NCBI GenBank assembly: GCA_963707635.1
Contig: OY970173.1
Span: 2,976,001-3,040,000, forward strand
Direction of reading: 5' to 3'
DNA from: Candidatus Latescibacterota bacterium
GTDB taxonomy: Bacteria; Krumholzibacteriota; Krumholzibacteriia; WVZY01; JAKEHA01
Length of the DNA: 64,000 nucleotides
The notes beneath the pieces were generated by a model that was not told the origin of the DNA, did not search any database, and saw nothing but the letters and a program-made list of their open reading frames with translations. Below, in pieces: positions 56,874 to 64,000 of the stretch. The position numbers and the translations under genes are program-made. Within the stretch, counting starts at the first letter, position 1. Every line of letters starts with the position of its first letter.

Positions 56874-58137
56874 GGCGAGCTCCTTTCGGCCAGAGTCCGT
56901 GGGCGAGAAACGCGTAGAACGGCACGTACTCCGCCGCCAGCAGCCAGGTCGGGACTCTCCACGCGCCCGAGCGGTCGTACTCGACCCACACCGCGTACGA
57001 GAGGGCGACCAGTCCCGTGAACGCGATCCACGCCTGGTTCGGGTAGATGCACAGCAGCGGGACCATCCAGATCAAGTACCACGGGTACACGGTCGGCGAC
57101 ACCAGCAGCGCGCACCCGGTGACGAGATACAGGTAACGAACCGGGTCGCGCTCACGCCGGGCCGCCACGAGCATGAACGCCACCCCGAACCCCGCCAGCA
57201 GGCGACGCGCGACGGTCGCGTCGCCGAGAAATCCCGCGAGTGCCATGAACGGTGGCCCGTTGAACCACCAGGTGCCGCCGTAGACGCGAAGGCTCCCAAG
57301 CAGGTGCGGTCCCGCGTCGAGAAAGGCGGCGTACCCGAGGGCCGCGGTGATCCCCATCGTCGCCAGCGCGCGCCTGGCGCCGCGGCGGACGAACAGCGGC
57401 GCCAGCGCCACCGCGAGGTACTTCACCAGCAACGACGCTCCGAACGCGACCCCGGCCGCCATGCGACGCCCGCGCTGCCAGAGCACGAGCCCCAGCACCA
57501 GCAGGAACACGCCCGCCGCGTCCACATGCCCCGAGTGGGCGGTTTCCACCATGACCAGCGGGTTCCACGCATACACGAGCGCGTATGTGGGGGGACGGCC
57601 GCGCGCGCGCAGCAACAGGACGAGCAGCACGATCGTCGCCAGGTCGAACAGCGAGAAGATGATCTTCAGAGTCGTAACGTTGGGACGAATCCATGCCGCG
57701 GCCGCAAACAGGCCCTGGGCGAGGGGCGGGTAAATGGTCGGGAGCGACTTGTGATTGAGCCGGTCGTAGGTCTCGTCCCGCATCGCGGCCAGGGTCGTAT
57801 CCGAAGGAGCCGTCACGAAGGGATTCGCGCCGCTCAGAATCACGCGCCCTTCCCACAGGTAGCGATAGATGTCGGTGGAGAGGTCCGGGTGGGCCGGCAG
57901 CATCGCCAGGCGAGCTGCGATGGCGACGATGAAGATGGCTGCGAGCGCCGCGCGGCCGCTCGGGTTCGCGCGCACCACGTTCTGCACAGCGACCGCGTAG
58001 GCCCCGAACGCCACCGCATACAGAGCCAGGAACGCCGGCACGTGGCGGTGCGGCGAATCGAGCGCGCCCATCGCCGCGGCGGCCGCCACCAGGGCGACCC
58101 CCGACGCCGCGAGCACGCCCCGTTCGCGCGCGCCCAT
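56866..58137 (-). CDS. GT-C membrane glycosyltransferase (GT87/DUF2029-like)
   Basis: STDIYRYLWEG, TIYPP, YAWNPL, GH.D, HPWY-like YPWY, many TMs. Confidence 0.85.
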   Translation of the reverse strand: MGARERGVLAASGVALVAAAAAMGALDSPHRHVPAFLALYAVAFGAYAVAVQNVVRANPSGRAALAAIFIVAIAARLAMLPAHPDLSTDIYRYLWEGRVILSGANPFVTAPSDTTLAAMRDETYDRLNHKSLPTIYPPLAQGLFAAAAWIRPNVTTLKIIFSLFDLATIVLLVLLLRARGRPPTYALVYAWNPLVMVETAHSGHVDAAGVFLLVLGLVLWQRGRRMAAGVAFGASLLVKYLAVALAPLFVRRGARRALATMGITAALGYAAFLDAGPHLLGSLRVYGGTWWFNGPPFMALAGFLGDATVARRLLAGFGVAFMLVAARRERDPVRYLYLVTGCALLVSPTVYPWYLIWMVPLLCIYPNQAWIAFTGLVALSYAVWVEYDRSGAWRVPTWLLAAEYVPFYAFLAHGLWPKGARRA

Positions 58138-58138
58138 G

Positions 58139-59602
58139 TCAGCGTTTCGCGTGGAGCAGGGAGAGGCCCAGGACGTATAGAAAGCCGGCGACGAACAGCC
58201 CGAGGTATGGAAGCGCCGCCCACTCGCCGAGCACCGCGGTCGTGACGAAGGCAGCAGTCAAATAGGCCGCCAGCAGCAGCTCGATGTAGAACGACGGCGT
58301 GCGCGTCGAGCGGTAGAGCTTGCTCTTCCAGTGGTCGCGCAGCGTCTCGATGCGGTACTTCGCGGTGCGGACGAAGGGCGTGCGGCGGCCCACCAGCGCC
58401 TCCGTCACCGCCCAGGCGTTGTTGATGCACATCCCGACCCCGAGGGCCAGGATGAAGGGCACGTCGCGCATGCGCCACTTCCAGTCCCGATTCAGTTCGC
58501 GCTGCGCAATCGCGTAGAAAAGCAGGATCGAGGCCGTGGTCATGCCGAAGACCGCCGCCTCGACCACGAACGCGCCGCCGGTGAGCGACCGGGCCCGCGT
58601 CACCACCGCGAACGGCATCAGCACGGACACGGCGACCAGCAGCAGGTAGCTCAGGTTCGCGGTCAGGTGGAAGGTCGCTTCCAGTTTCACCTTGAGCGAC
58701 GCGTCGCTTCGCCACACGCGCGGCAGCAGCTTGCGCCCCACCTGGATCGACCCCTTCGTCCAGCGGTGCTGCTGGTTCTTGAGCCCGAAGATATCGACCG
58801 GCAGTTCGCTCGGGCATTCGACCTCGGGGAGGAACACGAACTTCCACCCGCGCAGCTGCGTCCGATAGGAAAGATCGAGATCCTCGGTGAGCGTGTCGCC
58901 CTGCCATCCCCCCGCGTCCACGATGGCCTCGCGCCGGAACACGCCGCCGGTGCCGTTGAAGTTGAAGTAGCGGCCCGAGCGATGCCGCGCGGTGTGTTCG
59001 AGCACGAAGTGCCCGTCCAGCAAGAGCGCCTGCACGCGGGTGAGGAGCGAATAGTCGCGGTTGAGATATCCCCACCGCGTCTGCACCATGCCGACGCGGG
59101 CGTCCTGAAAATGGGGGACGGTCTTCTCGAGAAAGTCGCGCGGGGGCACGAAGTCGGCGTCGAAGATGGCCACCAGGTCGTCGGGCGTGGCGTCGAGACC
59201 CGCCGAGAGCGCGCCGGCCTTGTAGCCGGTGCGCTGCTCGCGGTGGAGGTATTCGGCCTGGACGCCTCCGGCGCGCAATTCCGCGACGGTCGCCGCCGCA
59301 ATCGCGCGTGTGTCGTCGGTCGAGTCGTCGAGCACCTGGATGCGCAGCCGCGAGCGCGGGTAGTCGATACTCGCCGCCGCGCGGATTACACGCTCCGCGA
59401 CGTAGCGCTCGTTAAAAAGCGGGAGCTGGACGGTGACGCTCGGAGCCCGCTCGGGCACGAACACGGGGGCGGGCCGCTGAACCGCGCGCTTGTAGTGGCG
59501 GTGATAGAGAATGAGAATCAGGTAGCGGTGCAGGCCATAGACGCCCAGCATCGCCAGGATCAGGAAGTAGAGGTTGACGACGAGCGTCTCCCAGAGCGCC
59601 AT
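58139..59602 (-). CDS. Processive GT2 (cellulose/mannan synthase-like)
   Basis: VQLPLFNE, LDDSTD, GYKAGAL, FDADF, FNGT, TEDLDLS, QQHRW (QxxRW). Confidence 0.92.
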   Translation of the reverse strand: MALWETLVVNLYFLILAMLGVYGLHRYLILILYHRHYKRAVQRPAPVFVPERAPSVTVQLPLFNERYVAERVIRAAASIDYPRSRLRIQVLDDSTDDTRAIAAATVAELRAGGVQAEYLHREQRTGYKAGALSAGLDATPDDLVAIFDADFVPPRDFLEKTVPHFQDARVGMVQTRWGYLNRDYSLLTRVQALLLDGHFVLEHTARHRSGRYFNFNGTGGVFRREAIVDAGGWQGDTLTEDLDLSYRTQLRGWKFVFLPEVECPSELPVDIFGLKNQQHRWTKGSIQVGRKLLPRVWRSDASLKVKLEATFHLTANLSYLLLVAVSVLMPFAVVTRARSLTGGAFVVEAAVFGMTTASILLFYAIAQRELNRDWKWRMRDVPFILALGVGMCINNAWAVTEALVGRRTPFVRTAKYRIETLRDHWKSKLYRSTRTPSFYIELLLAAYLTAAFVTTAVLGEWAALPYLGLFVAGFLYVLGLSLLHAKR

Positions 59603-59627
59603 AAATCGATCGTCCGGGTCGGTTGCG

Positions 59628-60599
59628 TCAGACCAGCGCCCCGCCGCACGACGAGCCGCTCCCCGCCGTGCAACCGAAGCAGTGGTTGCCGGTGACGATT
59701 CTCCGGGCGTGCAGGTCGGCGTCGAAGTCGCGGATCGTGCGCGGGCGGCCGTTTCCGACCGGAAGCTTCAGCGCCAGATTGAAATCGCAGTCGTAGATGG
59801 TGCCGTTCCAGTCCACGTCGATCTGATGCCGGCACATGAGCGGCGCGACGGTCGTCGCATTGAACGACCCTTCCAGCAACTCGCGGTACGCGTCCGCTCT
59901 GCCTTCGTTCTTCAACTGGGTGGCAAATCGTCCGATGGCCATGTTGGTAATCGTGAACAGATGCGTGAAGGAGAGTCCGAAACGCGCGGCGAGTTCACGC
60001 CGGTAGTCCGCCTCGAGCGCAGCCTGCGCGCCCGGCAGGCTCGCCCCGCCGGGATTGTAGACCAGGTCCAGCGGCAGCTCGGGCCTGACCCCGTAGCCGA
60101 TCGCGTTGAGCCGGCGGATGGCCTCGATCGACCCGTGGTAGACGCCCGCTCCGCGCTGGCGATCGACATTCTCTTCGGTGTAGCACGGCATCGACGCGAT
60201 CAGGTGGATGCGCTTCAACGCGAAGAATTCCGGGAGGTCGGCGTACCCCGGCTCCAGCAGGATGGTCAGATTGGTCCGTACCATCACCTCGTGTCCGGCG
60301 TCGCGCGCGGCGGAAACGAAGCGGCGAAAGTGCGGATTCATCTCCGGCGCGCCGCCGGTGATGTCGATCACCTGCGCCCCCACCTCCCGCGCAACGCGCA
60401 GCACGTGAAGCATGGTGTCCCAGTCCATCTGCTCCTTACGGTGCGGCGACGACGAGACGTGACAATGAACGCACGAGAGATTGCACGTCATGCCGACGTT
60501 GACCTGGATGGTCGAGATGCGCTCGGCCTGGAGCGGCGCACCCGTCGCCTGCACGACCCGCTCGTCGAACCGATTCGCCTGCGCCGCTTTCCCGGCCAT
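59628..60599 (-). CDS. arsS: ArsS-like radical SAM protein (arsenosugar biosynthesis family, DUF3641-type C-terminus)
   Basis: QVNVG..CNLSCVHCHV, DITGGAPE, VDRQRG.GV, LVYNP.G, MCR, YDCDFN, HCFGCTAG.GSSCGGAL. Confidence 0.88.
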   Translation of the reverse strand: MAGKAAQANRFDERVVQATGAPLQAERISTIQVNVGMTCNLSCVHCHVSSSPHRKEQMDWDTMLHVLRVAREVGAQVIDITGGAPEMNPHFRRFVSAARDAGHEVMVRTNLTILLEPGYADLPEFFALKRIHLIASMPCYTEENVDRQRGAGVYHGSIEAIRRLNAIGYGVRPELPLDLVYNPGGASLPGAQAALEADYRRELAARFGLSFTHLFTITNMAIGRFATQLKNEGRADAYRELLEGSFNATTVAPLMCRHQIDVDWNGTIYDCDFNLALKLPVGNGRPRTIRDFDADLHARRIVTGNHCFGCTAGSGSSCGGALV

Positions 60600-60624
60600 G
60601 AATTCGCCTTCCGTTTCGTCCAAT

Positions 60625-60656
60625 GAAAAGGGCGGCCCCGTTGCGGGACCGCCCTC
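60625..60656 (-). terminator. Intrinsic terminator after prolyl oligopeptidase
   Basis: GAGGGCGGTCCCG-CAA-CGGGGCCGCCC followed by TTTT on the minus strand. Confidence 0.7.
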
Positions 60657-60688
60657 AACATAGCGACACGCGGCCGAACCTGCAACCG

Positions 60689-62848
60689 TTATACGGTCGA
60701 AGGCGTCAACCCGAAGGTCTTGAACAGGAACGAGTAGATGTCGGCCGCCTCCTCGATCTGCTTCGACGTGGGCTTGCCGCCGCCGTGCCCCGCCTTGAGC
60801 TCGACGCGCAGCAGGATCGGGTTGTCACCCGCGTCGTTGGCCTGGAGTGTGGCCGCGAACTTCTTGGCGTGCGCCGGCACCACCCGGTCGTCGGTGTCCG
60901 CGCTGGTGATCAGAATCGGCGGGCACTTGATCCCGGGCTTCACGTTGTGCAGCGGCGAGTATTTGTACATGAACTTGAAGTCCTCGGCATTCTCTTCGGC
61001 ATTCCCGTAGTCGCTGACCCAGTACTTGCCGATGGTGAACATGTGGTAGCGCAGCATGTCGATCACCGGAACCTGGCACACCACCGCGCCGAAGAGCTCC
61101 GGCCGCTGCACCATGCACGCCGCCGTCAGCAGTCCGCCGTTGCTGCCGCCGTTGATGGCCAGCAGCCGGGTCTGCGTGTACTTCTCCTTGATCAGGTATT
61201 CGGCGGCGGCGATGAAGTCGTCGAAGACGTTCTGCTTGTTGGCGAGCACGCCGCCCTGGTGCCATTCCTCGCCGTATTCGTTCCCGCCGCGCAGGTTCGC
61301 AACCGCGTAGATCCCGCCGTTTTCCAGCCACATCAGCCGCGAGATCGAAAACGACGGCGTCATGCTGATGTTGAATCCGCCGTAGCCGTAGAGCAGCGTC
61401 GGGTTCTTCCCGTCCAGCTTGGTTCCCTTCTTCGACGTGATGAACATCGGCACGCGCGTGCCGTCCTTGGAATGATAAAACACCTGCTTCGTCTCGTACT
61501 GCGTGCCGTCGAAGTCGATCTCGGCCTTGCGGAAGACCTCCGCCTTCTGGCTCGCGAAGTCATAACGGAACGACGTGGTGGGATAGGTAAACGACGTGAA
61601 GGAGAAAAACATTTCGGCGTCTTCCCGCTTACCCGAAATCGCGTTCACGGTGCCGATGGTCGGCAGGTCGATCTCCCGCGCCATGGTCCCGTCGCGCCCG
61701 AAGATCTGCAGGCGATCGTGGGCGTCCTGCATGTACGCAATCACGAAATGGTCGCTGACCATCGACACCGCGTCGATCACTTCCTGCTTCTGCGGAATGA
61801 TCTCTTTCCAGTTTTCGCGCGCGGGGTTGGCGACGTCGACCGCGATCACCCGTCCGCGCGGCGCGTCCAGGTCGGTCTTCACGTAGAAGATCGAGCCGAC
61901 GTTGTCGACCGGCGAGAACTCGGCCTGGTTGTACTCGAGGAGGTGGATGAACTCGCCGTCGCTGTCGGCGCGCCGGTAGTAGACGCCGTTCTTCGGATCC
62001 GTGCCGTGATACACGTACAGGATCAAATAGTCGCCGTCGTCGCTGATGATGGGCGCGAATCCGAGCTCGATGTTCTGGTCGTCCTTGTAGACGATGACGT
62101 CCTGCGCCTGCGGCGTTCCCAGCGTGTGCCAGCACACGCGGCTCCGGGTGCCCTGCTCTTCGTGCCCGGGCTCGCCCTCGCCCGGGAAGCGGTTGTACCA
62201 GAACCCGCTCTTGTCCTTCTTCCACGCGACGCTGGCGAACTTGCACCATTTGAGGACTTCATCGTAGTCCTTGCCGGCGTCGACGTCGCGCACGTGGATC
62301 TCCTGCCAATCGCTCCCGCTGGCCGAAATCCCGTACGCCATGAGGGTCCCGTCCTTCGTATACGTGGTGCCGGTGAGCGCCACCGTGCCGTCGGCCGAGA
62401 GCGTGTTGGGGTCGAGCACCAGCTTCGCCTCGCCCGTGAGCGATTTCTGCACGTAGAGCGCGGACTGATTCTGGAGGCCGTCGTTCTTGGAAAAGAAGTA
62501 GCGATCGCCCTGTTTGGTGGGCAGCGTGTACTTGGGGTAGTTCCAGAGCTTGGTGAGCCGCGCCTCGATCGCCTCCCGTTTGGGATAGCTGTCGATGTAC
62601 GAGCGCGTGAGCTCGTTCTCCTGGGCGACCCACGCCTGGGTCTCCTTCGAGTCCGGGTCTTCGAGCCAGCGATACGGATCGGCGACCATGGTGCCGTGGT
62701 AGTTGTCGACCACGTCCTGCTTCATCGCCTCGGGGTATTTGTACTTCTTTGCCAGCACGAGATGATTCCCCGCCAATCCGATGATACCTGCCACGGCCCC
62801 GACCAGGGTCGCGATCGCGACGGCGGAGCCGGTTCGATGAGTGCGCAT
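60689..62848 (-). CDS. Prolyl oligopeptidase (S9A), exported
   Basis: DPYRWLED, YGYGGF, NLRGG.EYG, GGSNGGLL, DDRV, KAGHG. Signal peptide and GGAGG RBS. Confidence 0.95.
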   Translation of the reverse strand: MRTHRTGSAVAIATLVGAVAGIIGLAGNHLVLAKKYKYPEAMKQDVVDNYHGTMVADPYRWLEDPDSKETQAWVAQENELTRSYIDSYPKREAIEARLTKLWNYPKYTLPTKQGDRYFFSKNDGLQNQSALYVQKSLTGEAKLVLDPNTLSADGTVALTGTTYTKDGTLMAYGISASGSDWQEIHVRDVDAGKDYDEVLKWCKFASVAWKKDKSGFWYNRFPGEGEPGHEEQGTRSRVCWHTLGTPQAQDVIVYKDDQNIELGFAPIISDDGDYLILYVYHGTDPKNGVYYRRADSDGEFIHLLEYNQAEFSPVDNVGSIFYVKTDLDAPRGRVIAVDVANPARENWKEIIPQKQEVIDAVSMVSDHFVIAYMQDAHDRLQIFGRDGTMAREIDLPTIGTVNAISGKREDAEMFFSFTSFTYPTTSFRYDFASQKAEVFRKAEIDFDGTQYETKQVFYHSKDGTRVPMFITSKKGTKLDGKNPTLLYGYGGFNISMTPSFSISRLMWLENGGIYAVANLRGGNEYGEEWHQGGVLANKQNVFDDFIAAAEYLIKEKYTQTRLLAINGGSNGGLLTAACMVQRPELFGAVVCQVPVIDMLRYHMFTIGKYWVSDYGNAEENAEDFKFMYKYSPLHNVKPGIKCPPILITSADTDDRVVPAHAKKFAATLQANDAGDNPILLRVELKAGHGGGKPTSKQIEEAADIYSFLFKTFGLTPSTV

Positions 62849-63041
62849 GCAATGACCTCCGTGAACGGGCGCGACGACCTCCTGCACGAACGGGCGCATT
62901 ATACACGAGTGAGGGCCTCCGCGGCACGCGGGTCCTGTCGGCCAACAGCCCACGGCGGGCTCGCCATTCGCGCCTCCGCACTCGGTGGCTCGCCCTTGTG
63001 GGCGCCCGTTGGCCGCCACCCGCGGCGCGGACGCCGCCGCC

Positions 63042-63070
63042 TTGACACGGCCACGCAACGGGCGTATGGT
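63042..63070 (+). promoter_or_regulatory. Sigma70 promoter of the thiamine operon
   Basis: TTGACA-N17-TATGGT just upstream of the riboswitch. Confidence 0.75.
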
Positions 63071-63079
63071 GTTTACCAC

Positions 63080-63162
63080 ATACGGGGTGCTCGTTCGCGG
63101 CGTGCGGGCGGGCTGAGATCATACCCGACGCACCTGATCCGGGTAATGCCGGCGAAGGGAAT
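63080..63162 (+). ncRNA. TPP riboswitch
   Basis: GGGGTGC...GCTGAGA..ATACCC...ACCTGATCCGGGTAATGCCGGCGAAGGGA consensus, upstream of thiO. Ends approximate. Confidence 0.93.
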
Positions 63163-63177
63163 CCTCTCGAGACGAGC

Positions 63178-63225
63178 GACCCGCTGACGTCCCGTGGTTC
63201 GGTGCAACGTTGGCGGTCTTTTTTT
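63178..63225 (+). terminator. Riboswitch expression-platform terminator
   Basis: CCGCTGACGT...ACGTTGGCGG stem followed by a T7 tract. Confidence 0.75.
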
Positions 63226-63238
63226 GCCCAATTCTGAA

Positions 63239-64000
63239 TTGAAATCCGGCGATCCGATCGCCATCGTCGGCGGCGGCGTGATCGGCCTTGCCGTCGCCTG
63301 GCGGCTCGCACGCGCCGGACGGCGTGTCATCGTGTTCGAGCGCGATCGCGCTGGTCAGGGTGCGAGCCGGGTCGCGGCCGGCATGATCGCCGCGGTTGCC
63401 GAAGCCGGCTTCGACGATCCCGACTTCGTCGGTTTTGCGCGGGCGAGCCGCGAACGCTATCCGTCTTTTATCGAAGAACTGCAAACGGACGCCGACATGC
63501 GGGTGCCGCTTGCGGCGACGGGGTCGCTGGTGGTCGCCCTCCACCGCGACGACGCCGAGGCGATGCGGCGCACGTACGACTACCGCGTGTCGATTGGACT
63601 CCCGGTGGAATGGCTAACCGGCACCCGCGCTCGGGAGCTCGAGCCTGCGCTCACCCCACGCGTGAGCGCCGCCATGTGGATTCCGGCCGACGCCGTGGTC
63701 GAGACGCGCACGCTCGTCGCGGCGCTCGCGCGGGCGTGCGCGCAGCGCGGCGTCGAAATTCATGAGGGCGAGGCCGTCGAGCATATCCGGATCGACGGAG
63801 ACAAGGTCCGCGGCGTGGCAACACCCGCCGGTGAAACCGGCGCAGACGTCGTCGTGCTGGCCGCGGGCGCGTGGTCGGGCACGGCCGGTGCCCTGCCTCC
63901 CGACCTGGCGCCGCCCATCCGGCCGGTGAAGGGACAGATCCTCCACCTCAAGAGAACACGCGAGTTCGCGCTCCGCAACGTGGTTCGCGCGCCGCGGGCC
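63239..64000 (+). CDS. thiO: Glycine oxidase (partial; not in the ORF track because it runs off the window)
   Basis: TTG start, IAIVGGGVIGL...GAS.VAAGMI, VLAAGAW, PVKGQI. Downstream of the TPP riboswitch. Confidence 0.88.
   Translation, partial: MKSGDPIAIVGGGVIGLAVAWRLARAGRRVIVFERDRAGQGASRVAAGMIAAVAEAGFDDPDFVGFARASRERYPSFIEELQTDADMRVPLAATGSLVVALHRDDAEAMRRTYDYRVSIGLPVEWLTGTRARELEPALTPRVSAAMWIPADAVVETRTLVAALARACAQRGVEIHEGEAVEHIRIDGDKVRGVATPAGETGADVVVLAAGAWSGTAGALPPDLAPPIRPVKGQILHLKRTREFALRNVVRAPRA

Noticed and set aside
59628..59660. Selenocysteine in the ArsS C-terminal GSSxGG motif
   Set aside because: The codon is TGC (Cys). The TGA is the ordinary stop.
62854..62897. Short imperfect duplication GACCTCC...GAACGGGCGC upstream of prolyl oligopeptidase
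   Set aside because: Two short units only, probably a local duplication of the RBS region. Not an array.
1180..63187. Many long antisense or alternate-frame ORFs (e.g. 1180-3027, 13993-16071, 14114-16702, 31651-33600, 60623-63187)
   Set aside because: Shadow ORFs expected at high GC. They are Arg/Ala/Pro-rich or mirror real genes and carry no family motifs.
1..64000. CRISPR array, tRNA, rRNA, prophage or defence island
   Set aside because: No regularly spaced repeats, RNA gene signatures or phage/defence motifs recognised by eye. The PD-(D/E)XK four-Cys domains belong to the helicase fusions, not to Cas4.

Overview
High-GC bacterial chromosomal segment. Lipoproteins, outer-membrane beta-barrels, a PEP-CTERM protein and FlgD-Ig/T9SS-like C-terminal domains indicate a diderm. 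An FCB-related lineage such as Krumholzibacteriota, Eisenbacteria or Latescibacterota is plausible but is inference only. I found no rRNA, tRNA, CRISPR array, integrase or transposase. Contents in order: class II ribonucleotide reductase (nrdJ); a phosphothreonine signalling cluster (FHA-GAF-HD-GYP, membrane Ser/Thr kinase, PP2C phosphatase, coiled-coil-FHA, exported partners) with sigma54-like sites; a moxR-DUF58-batA/BC/D/E operon; a secreted protein interrupted by an in-frame TGA; an AdnAB-like helicase-nuclease pair; rarA; a GlpX homolog with a degenerate catalytic motif; TPR, protease and glycoside hydrolase genes; pyrE; a PEP-CTERM gene; an M16 peptidase pair; an 11-gene tightly coupled operon headed by an ArsS-type radical SAM enzyme; prolyl oligopeptidase; and a TPP riboswitch before thiO. 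The most unusual items are (i) a 79-bp structured element in two inverted copies with compensatory stem changes, one apparently translated inside a signal peptide, (ii) the ArsS-like glycoconjugate operon lacking arsM, (iii) the kinase/FHA/HD-GYP cluster and (iv) the GlpX pseudo-enzyme candidate. All product calls come from motif recognition by eye, not database searches.
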